Source: an uncultured Clostridia bacterium
GTDB taxonomy: Bacteria; Bacillota; Clostridia; Christensenellales; Borkfalkiaceae
Assembly (NCBI GenBank): GCA_944327465.1
Contig: CALVHH010000008.1
Location: 40-64,039, forward strand
DNA: 64,000 nucleotides
Direction: 5' to 3'
Program-made: the position numbers and the translations under genes
The notes under the pieces: generated by a model
What the model was told of the DNA's origin: nothing
Database searches by the model: none
The model's input: only the letters and a program-made list of their open reading frames with translations
Shown: positions 48,426 to 58,734 of the stretch, piece after piece
Numbering within the stretch: the first letter of the stretch is position 1
Layout of the letters: each line of letters opens with the position of its first letter

Positions 48426-49444
48426 ATGCAATATTTAAAGTCAGATTTTTATTACGAACTCCCCGAAGAACTCATAGCCCAGACCCCTGCCGAGCCCAGG
48501 GACTCTTCCCGTCTGCTCGTCTACAACAGGGCGACGGGCGACGTCGAACACAGGGTATTCAGGGATATAACGCAATATTTAAAGGCGGGCGACGTGCTCG
48601 TCGTCAACAACACCAAGGTGCTGCCCGCACGCATCTATGCCCGCACCGAGCACGGCGGACACGTCGAAGTGCTGCTCTTGAAGCGGCTGGATATCGAAAG
48701 GTGGGAAGTGCTCGTAAAGCCGGGCAAAAAGTGCCGCATAGGCACAAAACTCATTGTAAACGACAGGCTGTCGCTCACTGTGGAGGGCATAACCGACAGC
48801 GGCGAACGCATAGTCAGGTTTGCCTGCGACGGCGTGTTCGAAGAAGTGCTCGAAGAGGTCGGCTCCATGCCGCTGCCCCCGTACATAAAGCAAAAGCTCA
48901 AGGATAAAAACCGCTACCAGACGGTGTACGCCAAGACGGACGGTTCGGCTGCGGCGCCCACGGCGGGGCTGCACTTCACGCCCGAGCTGCTGCAAAAGAT
49001 AAGGGACATGGGCGTGGAGATAGTCGAAGTTCTGCTGCACGTCGGGCTTGGTACGTTCCGCCCCGTAAAGGAGGACGTCATCACCGACCACAAGATGCAC
49101 AGCGAATACTTCTGCGTCACCGAGCGCGCCGCCGACGCCCTGAACAGGGCAAAGGCGGAGGGCAGAAGGATAATCGCCGTCGGCACCACCTCGGTGCGCA
49201 CATTGGAATCCGCCACTGGCGACGACGGCGTCGTCCGCGCCATGAGCGGCAACACGCAGATATTCATATATCCCCCCTACAAATTCAAGTGCGTCGACGC
49301 TTTGATCACCAACTTCCATCTGCCCGAAAGCACTTTAATAATGCTCGTCGCCGCGTTGACGGGGCGCGAAAAGATACTCGAAATTTACAACGAGGCGGTC
49401 AGGGAGAGGTATCGCTTTTTCTCCTTCGGCGACGCTATGATGAT

Positions 49445-49451
<7 letters not shown>
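48426..49451 (+). CDS. queA: S-adenosylmethionine:tRNA ribosyltransferase-isomerase
   Basis: 341 aa from ATG 48426. [48 protein letters not shown]. Confidence 0.9.
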
Positions 49452-50820
<1,369 letters not shown>

Positions 50821-50871
50821 CTCACTAAAAGCGAAATTTGAGTGAAATCGTCCCCGCTTCCCTAAAAACAC

Positions 50872-50900
50872 TTGCCAAATTAATGCAAATCTATTATTAT
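50872..50900 (+). promoter_or_regulatory. Candidate promoter of yajC
   Basis: TTGCCA, 17 nt, TATTAT. Confidence 0.45.
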
Positions 50901-50930
50901 TAATTAGTAATAAATAAATGGGAGATAGTT

Positions 50931-51377
50931 ATGCTTTATTCAATTTTAACTAATACGGAGGGTTCACAGCCTGCCGCTGCAAACGACCAGTGGATGTCAT
51001 GGGTCCTCATCGGCGTAGTCATCGTACTCGTCATCGTAATGCTCGTGGTCTCTTCGCGCCGCAACAAAAAGCGCCAGCAGGAGGCTGAAAAGCTCATCAA
51101 CTCGGTTAGACCGGGCAACAAGGTCAAGACCATAGGCGGCGTATGCGGCATAGTGGTCGAAGTGGACGACGAAGAAAATACCTTCGTTCTCGAAACGGGC
51201 AGCGAAGCTTCGGGCAAGTGCTACATGAAGTTCGATAAGCAGGCGATATATCAGACTGACGCCGTCGTTGAAGGCGACGACAAGTCGGATAAGAAGGGCA
51301 AGGAAGAACAGCCCGCCGAAGAGCAGCCCGCCGTCGAAGAGCAGCCCGCCGAACAATCCGCCGAAGAGCAGAAGTAA
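50931..51377 (+). CDS. yajC: Preprotein translocase subunit YajC with acidic repeat tail
   Basis: 148 aa. One TM, then the RRNKKRQQE...L..G..V.T.GG..G.V pattern of YajC. The C-terminal EEQPA-type repeats are extra. Confidence 0.8.
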   Translation: MLYSILTNTEGSQPAAANDQWMSWVLIGVVIVLVIVMLVVSSRRNKKRQQEAEKLINSVRPGNKVKTIGGVCGIVVEVDDEENTFVLETGSEASGKCYMKFDKQAIYQTDAVVEGDDKSDKKGKEEQPAEEQPAVEEQPAEQSAEEQK

Positions 51378-51438
51378 AATTAAAGGTTCTAAACGACCTG
51401 TCCTCCGCATACGGTAATGTAGGCGGAGGTTTTCATTT

Positions 51439-51804
51439 ATGTTAAAGGACATATTCCAGGTGAGCAAGGCGGCGTGCGCTTCGGTAGTATTCGCGCTGCT
51501 CTACTCGCTTATATTTGCCGCGGTCGTGGGCATATTCTCCATTCCGTCCGCGGCGATAATGCCCGTCAACCAGGTGTTCAAGGTGCTCGCGGTGGCGTTC
51601 GGCGGAATGCTGTTCATCCGCGGCGAGCGAGGGCTTTTAAAGGGCGTCGTCCTCGGCATTTCGGCGGCGGTGCAGATGTGGATGCTCTTTTCCGCCATAG
51701 CTTGCAGTTTTCAGCTCGGCTGGACTCAGCTGCTCGAAGCGCTTATCTGCGCCTTTGCGGGCGGGATCACGGGCGTCCTCGCCGTCAATCTCAGGCGGGC
51801 ATAG
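51439..51804 (+). CDS. Small 4-TM membrane protein (YrzE/TIGR04086-like, tentative)
   Basis: 121-aa hydrophobic ORF downstream of yajC, as yrzE is in Bacillus. Confidence 0.45.
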   Translation: MLKDIFQVSKAACASVVFALLYSLIFAAVVGIFSIPSAAIMPVNQVFKVLAVAFGGMLFIRGERGLLKGVVLGISAAVQMWMLFSAIACSFQLGWTQLLEALICAFAGGITGVLAVNLRRA

Positions 51805-51861
51805 CCGCGGTCTGAAGGCTGCCTTGCAAAATTATTCCGCCTCGCCGTGCGGCGGCGTATT

Positions 51862-51896
51862 TCGGCTTGCAAAAACACTTGATTTTTGCAAGCCGA
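51862..51896 (+). terminator. Terminator hairpin
   Basis: TCGGCTTGCAAAAA-7 nt-TTTTTGCAAGCCGA followed by TATTAT. Confidence 0.65.
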
Positions 51897-51950
51897 TATT
51901 ATATAATATAGAAAATATATATTATAATTTCTGAAAAGGAGAACACCAAA

Positions 51951-52109
51951 ATGATAAGAACGATAGCAAAACCCGCTGAAAAGAAGGTCACAGGCTGCGG
52001 CGAATGCAGGTCAACTTGCCAGTCCGCCTGCAAAACAAGCTGCACGGTAGGCAACCAGAGCTGCGAAAGAATAACCAGAGAAACCAATCCCGAAAAGGAA
52101 GTAAAGTAA
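51951..52109 (+). CDS. SCIFF (six-cysteine) ranthipeptide precursor
   Basis: 52-aa ORF not in the track: MIRTIAKPAEKKVTGCGECRSTCQSACKTSCTVGNQSCERITRETNPEKEVK. AAAGGAG SD. The core matches the SCIFF signature GCGEC..SCQSACKTSCTV.NQ.C. Confidence 0.85.
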   Translation: MIRTIAKPAEKKVTGCGECRSTCQSACKTSCTVGNQSCERITRETNPEKEVK

Positions 52110-52128
52110 TTTAAAAGCCAAAACATTG

Positions 52129-52154
52129 CGGGGAGCAGATATGTCTGCTCCTCG
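52129..52154 (+). promoter_or_regulatory. Hairpin between precursor and maturase (possible partial terminator)
   Basis: 11-bp stem CGGGGAGCAGA / TCTGCTCCTCG (one G-U) with loop TATG, followed by TTTAG. Confidence 0.45.
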
Positions 52155-52252
52155 TTTAGCGTGCGCGGACGGGGTGTCCCCGCTGCACTACGCTCCGCGA
52201 ACTTGCCGTACAACGCTTCCATAGTCTGTTCGCGGACAGCCTTTTACCATTT

Positions 52253-52270
52253 TGTCATTTCGACCGAAGC
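52253..52270 (+). repeat. Partial copy of the GTCATTTCGACCGAAG repeat
   Basis: TGTCATTTCGACCGAAG (17 nt) is identical to 15425..15441. Confidence 0.6.
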
Positions 52271-52342
52271 ACGTCTTACTCCTTAGCACTCGCGCAAAAC
52301 TGTAGCGCCGCGGCAAAATGGAACAACAGCAAGGTATTTTTT

Positions 52343-53665
52343 ATGTATCACGTTTTCAAATATAAAAACTATAACTACATCTACGATGTCGGCAGCGGCA
52401 GTCTGCACTCCTGCGACCAAAAGACCGCCGATTACCTCGCTCACGGCGAGGGGCAGAACGTCGATATCTCTTACCTCTCGCAGACAGATATCGATGCGAT
52501 AGCGGAGGACGTCCGTGCGCTCGAAGAGCAGGGGCTGCTGAACGCGCCCGAAACTACCGCCCGCCCCGTCAAGTCGGGCTATGTAAAGGCGCTGTGCATA
52601 CATATCTGCCACGACTGCAACCTGCGCTGCCGCTATTGCTTTGCCGATGAGGGCGCATACCACGCCCCGCGCGAGTTCATGAGCGAACAGACGGCGAAAA
52701 AGGCGATAGATTTTCTCATAGCCAACAGCGGCGACCGCCGCGTGCTCGAAGCCGACTTCTTCGGCGGCGAGCCGCTCATGTGCCTCGACGTCATAAAGAA
52801 CGTGGTGGCGTACGCCCGCGAACAGGGTGCAAAGCACGGCAAAAAGTTTTTGTTTACCACCACGACCAACGCCCTGCTGCTCGATGACGACGCCATAGAC
52901 TTTTTCAACCGCGAAATGGAAAACGTGGTGCTTTCGATTGACGGCAGAAGGGAGGTGCACGATGCCATAAGGAAGACGGTCAACGGCAGGGGCAGCTTCG
53001 ATATAGTGCTGCAAAAAATCAAAAAATTCGTTCAAAGCCGCGGCGACAAGTCCTACTATGTGCGCGGCACGTTTACGGCAAAAAATCTCGATTTTTCAAA
53101 CGACGTCATCTTCCTCGCCGAGCAGGGCTTCGATTCCATTTCCATGGAGCCCGTAGTCACCGATATCGACGACCTCGCAATAAAGCCCGAGCATCTGCCC
53201 GCGATAAAGCGCGAATACGAGGCGCTGTGCGAAAAGTACCTCGAAAAGTGGAAGAAGGGCGAAGGCTTCAACTTTTTCCACTTCAATATAGACCTCGAGG
53301 GCGGACCCTGCCTTTCAAAGCGCGTATCTGCGTGCGGTGCGGGCAACGAATATTTTTCGGTGGTGCCCAACGGCGACATCTACCCCTGCCACCAGTTTGC
53401 GGGTGACCCCGCGTTCAGAATGGGCAATGTGTACGAAGGCGCGTTGAATAGTCGGATACGCGAAAAATTTGCCTCGTCCTGCCTGTTCACTCGCAGCGAC
53501 TGCGACAAGTGCTTTGCCAAATTCATCTGCAGCGGCGGATGCAGCGCAAACAATTATCACTTCTGCGGCGACATACAAAAGCCCTATCCCATCACCTGCG
53601 AAATGATGAAAAAGCGCATAGAGTGCGGCATGCACGTCCTCGCCGTCAAAAAAGGTATGGCGTAG
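52343..53665 (+). CDS. SCIFF radical SAM maturase (thioether-forming, SPASM domain)
   Basis: 440 aa. Radical SAM CHDCNLRCRYC and a Cys-rich C-terminal SPASM-like region (CGAG...C-x2-C-x5-C-x3-C type pattern). Adjacent to the SCIFF precursor. Confidence 0.85.
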   Translation: MYHVFKYKNYNYIYDVGSGSLHSCDQKTADYLAHGEGQNVDISYLSQTDIDAIAEDVRALEEQGLLNAPETTARPVKSGYVKALCIHICHDCNLRCRYCFADEGAYHAPREFMSEQTAKKAIDFLIANSGDRRVLEADFFGGEPLMCLDVIKNVVAYAREQGAKHGKKFLFTTTTNALLLDDDAIDFFNREMENVVLSIDGRREVHDAIRKTVNGRGSFDIVLQKIKKFVQSRGDKSYYVRGTFTAKNLDFSNDVIFLAEQGFDSISMEPVVTDIDDLAIKPEHLPAIKREYEALCEKYLEKWKKGEGFNFFHFNIDLEGGPCLSKRVSACGAGNEYFSVVPNGDIYPCHQFAGDPAFRMGNVYEGALNSRIREKFASSCLFTRSDCDKCFAKFICSGGCSANNYHFCGDIQKPYPITCEMMKKRIECGMHVLAVKKGMA

Positions 53666-53796
53666 TGCAATTTAAAGGTAAAAAAATCGTCAATCGGCGT
53701 ATAATCGTTTGACGGGCGGCGCTTTTTTATTTATAATTATATAGTATTGATTTATCAATCCTTCAATTAGTTTTTATCCTTCAAAGGAGTCTTTCG

Positions 53797-55341
53797 ATGA
53801 GTAAGGTAAAATCTGCAATAATCACCGCGCTCGTGGTAATTGCGATTATCGTAGCCGCAGTTTTCGGCACGGTATCTTTCAACGTGGGCGCAGCGCAAAG
53901 GTATAATTCCATTGCGGCGCGTATCCCCCTCGGCAGCGAGTTTTCGGGCTACGTCTATACCACAGTCTACCCCGAAGGCGTCATTTCCGCAAACGAATAC
54001 GACGCCCTCGAAGAGGAGGACAAGTCCGCATACGAACAGCACGGCGGCGTGTACGTATCTTTTGAAGAGTGCGACTACGCCGATATCGCGTCGCTCTCCG
54101 CAGCCGTTGCGGCAGATGCCGACATCCTTTCGGCAAGGCTGGGCGACAGGGGACTCACCGACTATTCCGTCGCCGTCCGCGACGACGTTACTATCTTCGT
54201 CGCTCTGCCCTCGGGCTATTCCTATGCAGCATACAAGGGCAACGACTCTACCGAGCGTTCCGAAGCTCTCTCCGCGGCGTCGAGCTCAATAGCCTATCTC
54301 GTTGCAGACGGCGAGCTCACCCTCCGCACCACCGATTCGAGCATAACCACCGATGAAGACAGCGGCACTTCCATAGATATGACCAGGAACAAGGACGAGT
54401 ACACCGATGCCGACATCCTCGGTACGGGCGAACAGACCTATCCGTTCGTCAGCGCAAACGAGGACATATCTTCGTACTTCTCGTCCGTCACGGCATACGC
54501 CTTCGGCGGCAGCAACGTGCTCAGCTTCAACCTCACCGAATACGGCAGGGAGCGCATGAGCTACGTCTCAACGCTGGCTGCATCTTCCGAAAGTCAGACT
54601 ATATACGTCTGCGTGGGCGACACGCAGGTGCTCTCCATAAATTGCACGTCGACTATCGATTCCGATAATATGCAGTTCGCGCTCTCCACGCTCTCGGCGG
54701 CAAAGGACACCGCCGCGGTGCTCAGTTCCGTTGTCGCCGGCAACGCCCTTTCGGTCGCGTACAACGCGCCCGATTCGGTGTCGTCGTCCACTGCAACGGG
54801 CGGCGAAAACGCAGCGCTCATGGCGTTTATCGCAAGCATAGTGGTGCTCGCAGCGCTCTGCGCGGCGGCAGTGATAAAGTATAAAAAGCTGGGCGGCGTG
54901 CTTGCAATATCCTTTGTCATCCTTGCGCTCGCCATGCTCTACACGCTCTTCCTGCTGTCCATACAGGTCACGTTCGAAGTGCTCGCGGTATGCGCAGGCG
55001 CCCTCATACTTCTTGCCGCGGCAAACCTCGTCGTTCTCGGCGAAGTCCGCGCCCAGTGCAAGACGGGCAAGACCATGCAGGCAGCCGTAAAGGCGGCATA
55101 CAAGCGCACGCTCTGGAGCGTCATCGACATTCACGTCATCGTGCTCGCAGCAGCCATACTCATGGCGGCTGTATGTCAGGGCGCGGCGGCGGCATGCGGT
55201 CTCATCCTCGTGGTCGGCACCCTTGTCTCATACGTTCTCTATTGGTTCACGCGATTCATGTGGTATGTCCTGAGCTCGCCTCAGCGCAACAAGTTTGCCT
55301 TCGGCGGCTTCAAGAGGGAGGTGTACGGCGATGATGAATAA
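53797..55341 (+). CDS. SecD-like membrane protein (positional SecD, very divergent)
   Basis: 514 aa with AAAGGAG SD. N-terminal TM, a periplasmic-type domain of about 330 aa, then a C-terminal 5-TM block. Lies between yajC and recJ. Canonical SecD motifs were not recognised. Confidence 0.5.
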   Translation: MSKVKSAIITALVVIAIIVAAVFGTVSFNVGAAQRYNSIAARIPLGSEFSGYVYTTVYPEGVISANEYDALEEEDKSAYEQHGGVYVSFEECDYADIASLSAAVAADADILSARLGDRGLTDYSVAVRDDVTIFVALPSGYSYAAYKGNDSTERSEALSAASSSIAYLVADGELTLRTTDSSITTDEDSGTSIDMTRNKDEYTDADILGTGEQTYPFVSANEDISSYFSSVTAYAFGGSNVLSFNLTEYGRERMSYVSTLAASSESQTIYVCVGDTQVLSINCTSTIDSDNMQFALSTLSAAKDTAAVLSSVVAGNALSVAYNAPDSVSSSTATGGENAALMAFIASIVVLAALCAAAVIKYKKLGGVLAISFVILALAMLYTLFLLSIQVTFEVLAVCAGALILLAAANLVVLGEVRAQCKTGKTMQAAVKAAYKRTLWSVIDIHVIVLAAAILMAAVCQGAAAACGLILVVGTLVSYVLYWFTRFMWYVLSSPQRNKFAFGGFKREVYGDDE

Positions 55342-56275
55342 GATAGTAAATCTGCGCCACATCGCAGTCATAGTCAGCGTCGTCATAATGGCGATAGGCA
55401 TGGCTGTGGGCACAATATGTCATTTTGTTTCAAACGGATTTTTCAACTACGGCGACGAGTTCGCCTCGTACAAGAGCGTTGAAGTCACAACGTCCGTGCC
55501 CGAAGATATCAACGGCGAACTTCTCGGCACCATAGCCGCCGAGGAGCTCTCCTCGCTCGGCGCATACAAAGTCAGCTTCGCCGAAGGTTCGGGCATACAG
55601 CCCAACACCGTCATCTATAAGTTCCCCGCGTCGGCGTCCGATTCCGACCTTCAGGCGGCAGTCGATTCTATAATCGCAAGGTTTGAAGAGCGCGGGCTCG
55701 AAGACGGTTCGGCTTCGCTCCATTCCAACACCGGCGTCGCCGGCGGCATATGGCAGCTCAACTACGCCGCCATAGCTCTCGCTTCGGCGGTGGTCATTCA
55801 GGCAATTTACTTTGCAATCAGGTTAAAGCCGGGTATGGCGCTGTCTGCCGTGCTCTCTCAGCTTGCCGCAGTAGGCGTCTACGCTTCCCTGCTCGCCATC
55901 ACCCGCTGTCCCGTCGGGCTCGAAGCAATAGCCCTTGCGGCAGTGCTGACGGTAATCACCATGATATGCAACGGTATATTCTTTGGCAAGGTCAAGTCGC
56001 TCTACAAGGACGAATCCAACGCCAAGGCAAATAAGCTTTCGCTCGTCGCCACGGGCGCTGAAAGCACCGCAAAGTTCGGCGCGTTCATCTGCATAGCGTT
56101 TGCGGCTGCGGCGGTGATATTTGCAGTGTTCGCGCTCATCGCTTCGCCCTCTATTCAGACCCTTCTGCCCTATGTCGTCTGCATAATCGCAGCGGCGGCG
56201 TGCGCATACAACTTTGCCGTGTTTGCACCTGCAAACTACGCCCAGCTCTGCGGCTTAGACAGGCGCGGCAAATAA
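55331..56275 (+). CDS. SecF-like membrane protein (positional SecF, very divergent)
   Basis: 314 aa. The start overlaps the upstream stop. TM1, a domain of about 110 aa, then a 5-TM block. Canonical SecF motifs were not recognised. Confidence 0.5.
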   Translation: MMNKIVNLRHIAVIVSVVIMAIGMAVGTICHFVSNGFFNYGDEFASYKSVEVTTSVPEDINGELLGTIAAEELSSLGAYKVSFAEGSGIQPNTVIYKFPASASDSDLQAAVDSIIARFEERGLEDGSASLHSNTGVAGGIWQLNYAAIALASAVVIQAIYFAIRLKPGMALSAVLSQLAAVGVYASLLAITRCPVGLEAIALAAVLTVITMICNGIFFGKVKSLYKDESNAKANKLSLVATGAESTAKFGAFICIAFAAAAVIFAVFALIASPSIQTLLPYVVCIIAAAACAYNFAVFAPANYAQLCGLDRRGK

Positions 56276-56362
56276 ATAACGCAACATTCACATTCGGCGG
56301 GTACATATTTACCCGCCGTTTTTGTATATTTCGGGGCGTATTCCGCCCTGTGTATCCCTATT

Positions 56363-58684
56363 ATGAAAAAAATACTCCCCGAGTGCACGTTTACGCCCGA
56401 ACAACTCAATAACATAGCCGACCTTGCGTCGCGCACCGGGCTGTGCGTTCAGACGGTAAAAATACTGTACGGCAGGGGCATCGACGACGCTGAAAAGATA
56501 GCTTCCTTTCTGCACCCTTCCAAAGAGCACTTCATCCCGCCTTTAAAAATGTCGGGCATGCGCGAGGCGGTTCGGCTCATCACCCGCGCCCGCGACGAGG
56601 GCTGGCAGGTGGTCGTCTACGGCGACTACGACGCCGACGGCATCTGCGCCTCGTCCATAATGCGCGGCGTCCTCGCCGACTTCGGCATAGACGCGGTAGT
56701 ATACGTGCCCGAGCGCACTACGGGCTACGGTCTGAGCACTGCCGCCATAGACGGCATATTCGAAGAATGTTTTCCCCAGCTCTTCATAACGGTCGACTGC
56801 GGAATTTCCAACGCCGAAGAGGTGGATTACATCAAAGAACAGGGCGCCGAAGTCATAGTCACCGACCACCACGAGCTTCCCGCCGTCCTGCCCGACTGCA
56901 TATGCATAAATCCCAAAATAGCCGACGGCTATCCCTACGACAACCTCTGCGGCGCGGGCGTGGCATTCAAAGTCGGCTGTGCGCTGATAGGCGATGAGGC
57001 GTATAAATATCTCGACTACGCCGCCATAGCCACCGTGGCAGACAGTGTGCCCCTCGTCGGCGAAAACCGCGACATAGTGGCGGAGGGGCTGCGCATAATA
57101 AACGGTGCGGGCGACAAGCCCTATTCATCCTTCATCGCCAGGCACGATGAACCCGTCGGCGCCCAGACCATAGCCTTTTCGGTCGCGCCCAAGATAAACG
57201 CGGCGGGAAGGATGGGTGACGCGGGCGCCGCGCTCAGGCTGTTCTGCTCAAAGAACGCAAACGAAATATTCGAACTCTCCGCCAGGCTGACGGCATACAA
57301 CGCCGAGCGGCAGAAGTGCTGCGACGAACTGTATGCCTCGGCAAAGAGCAAGCTCGGCGAAGAGGGCGCCCTCGGCAGGGTGATAATGCTGCGCGACGAG
57401 AGCTGGAACACGGGCTTCGTCGGCATAGTCGCGGCAAGGCTCGCCGAAGAATATGCCCGTCCCGCGCTGCTGTTCGTAAAGAACGGCGACATGCTCAAGG
57501 GCTCGGCTCGCTCGGTCGAATCGGTAAACATCTTCGAAGCGTTAAAGGCATGCGAACATCTCATCTCCGAATTCGGCGGCCACTCGCAGGCGGCGGGCGT
57601 AAACGTCAGCGAAGACAACTTCGAAGCGTTGAAGTCTGCTCTCAACGCCTATCTCGACGCCAACTGCCCCGCCGATGCCTTCACGCCCACGCTGTACGTC
57701 AGCGGCGAACTGACGGGTCAGGCTTCGCAAAAGTTTGCAAAGGAGCTCGAACTGCTCGAACCGTTCGGCGTCGGCTTCAAGCGCCCCATGTTCACCGTCA
57801 CGGTGGGCGCCTGCCAAATAAAGCCCGTCAAGCCGCTCTCGCCCCACCTGTCGCTCAAGAGCCCGTACCTCGACATGATGTACTTCAACGGCGCGGGCAA
57901 CAGCCGCATACTCTGTTCGGATATACCCAAAAAACTCATATTCGAATACAACGTCTCGTCCTTCCGCGGCAAGGAATATATCAAGGGGTTTGTGCGCGAC
58001 GTCGTCTACGACGGCGGAAACGCTTCGGCTGCGCGGCAGTCCATAGCCGCAAACGACGTTCTGCTCGCCTCGCTGCCGCCCGTCGAGTGCACGCGCCTGC
58101 CGCTGTCGCATGACGATGCGCAGCGTGAAATAGATTGCTGCCCCGTCTACGGCACGCTCTTTGTCGCGTTCGACAGCGCCACGCTTTCGGGCTACGAACT
58201 CGGCAGTATCACCGACATAAACGTGTTTACGCTGTCCAACCGCAACATATCCTCGTGCGTGCTCGTCTCTCCGCAGTCCGACTGCGACCTTTCGGGCTAT
58301 TCAAGGATAATCTTCCTCGATTGTCCCCCCGTCGTCACGCTGCCCTCGCTTGCGGGCAAGGAGGTGTATGTGTGCGCCGATACCGACGGCTTTGCCTGCC
58401 TCGGCGGGCTCGATGTTAGCCGCACGGCGCTGCTCGGCACGTTCAGGCTGCTGTCGGCAAACTCGTACAACATTCAGGGTGCCGACGCCGAAGAGGCGGC
58501 GTTCAGGAACTCCGTGGCAGACGATCCCGTCCAGGCGCTTTTCGCGCTCAAGGTGTTCGAACAGCTCGGTCTGATATCCTTCGAAGGCGGCAAACTCACC
58601 GTCTACCGCGGGGTGAGGACGGAACTCTCCAACTCCCCGCTGTACAGACTCATCTCGGCGCACGGCGAAAAGGGCAGTGGTTGA
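56363..58684 (+). CDS. recJ: Single-stranded-DNA-specific exonuclease RecJ
   Basis: 773 aa. DHH motifs (VVVYGDYDADGICAS, ITVDCGIS, VIVTDHHE) and DHHA1 (GGHSQAAG). Confidence 0.9.
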   Translation: MKKILPECTFTPEQLNNIADLASRTGLCVQTVKILYGRGIDDAEKIASFLHPSKEHFIPPLKMSGMREAVRLITRARDEGWQVVVYGDYDADGICASSIMRGVLADFGIDAVVYVPERTTGYGLSTAAIDGIFEECFPQLFITVDCGISNAEEVDYIKEQGAEVIVTDHHELPAVLPDCICINPKIADGYPYDNLCGAGVAFKVGCALIGDEAYKYLDYAAIATVADSVPLVGENRDIVAEGLRIINGAGDKPYSSFIARHDEPVGAQTIAFSVAPKINAAGRMGDAGAALRLFCSKNANEIFELSARLTAYNAERQKCCDELYASAKSKLGEEGALGRVIMLRDESWNTGFVGIVAARLAEEYARPALLFVKNGDMLKGSARSVESVNIFEALKACEHLISEFGGHSQAAGVNVSEDNFEALKSALNAYLDANCPADAFTPTLYVSGELTGQASQKFAKELELLEPFGVGFKRPMFTVTVGACQIKPVKPLSPHLSLKSPYLDMMYFNGAGNSRILCSDIPKKLIFEYNVSSFRGKEYIKGFVRDVVYDGGNASAARQSIAANDVLLASLPPVECTRLPLSHDDAQREIDCCPVYGTLFVAFDSATLSGYELGSITDINVFTLSNRNISSCVLVSPQSDCDLSGYSRIIFLDCPPVVTLPSLAGKEVYVCADTDGFACLGGLDVSRTALLGTFRLLSANSYNIQGADAEEAAFRNSVADDPVQALFALKVFEQLGLISFEGGKLTVYRGVRTELSNSPLYRLISAHGEKGSG

Positions 58685-58734
58685 TCGCCTGCGCCCCGTC
58701 GCCAAGTATATATTTTTTGGTTTTTCGTGAGTAT

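Noticed and set aside
52283-53035. 250-aa minus-strand ORF inside the SCIFF maturase gene, and the 107-aa minus ORF 51899..52222 over the precursor
   Set aside because: Both are antisense to genes with diagnostic motifs. No SD and biased composition.
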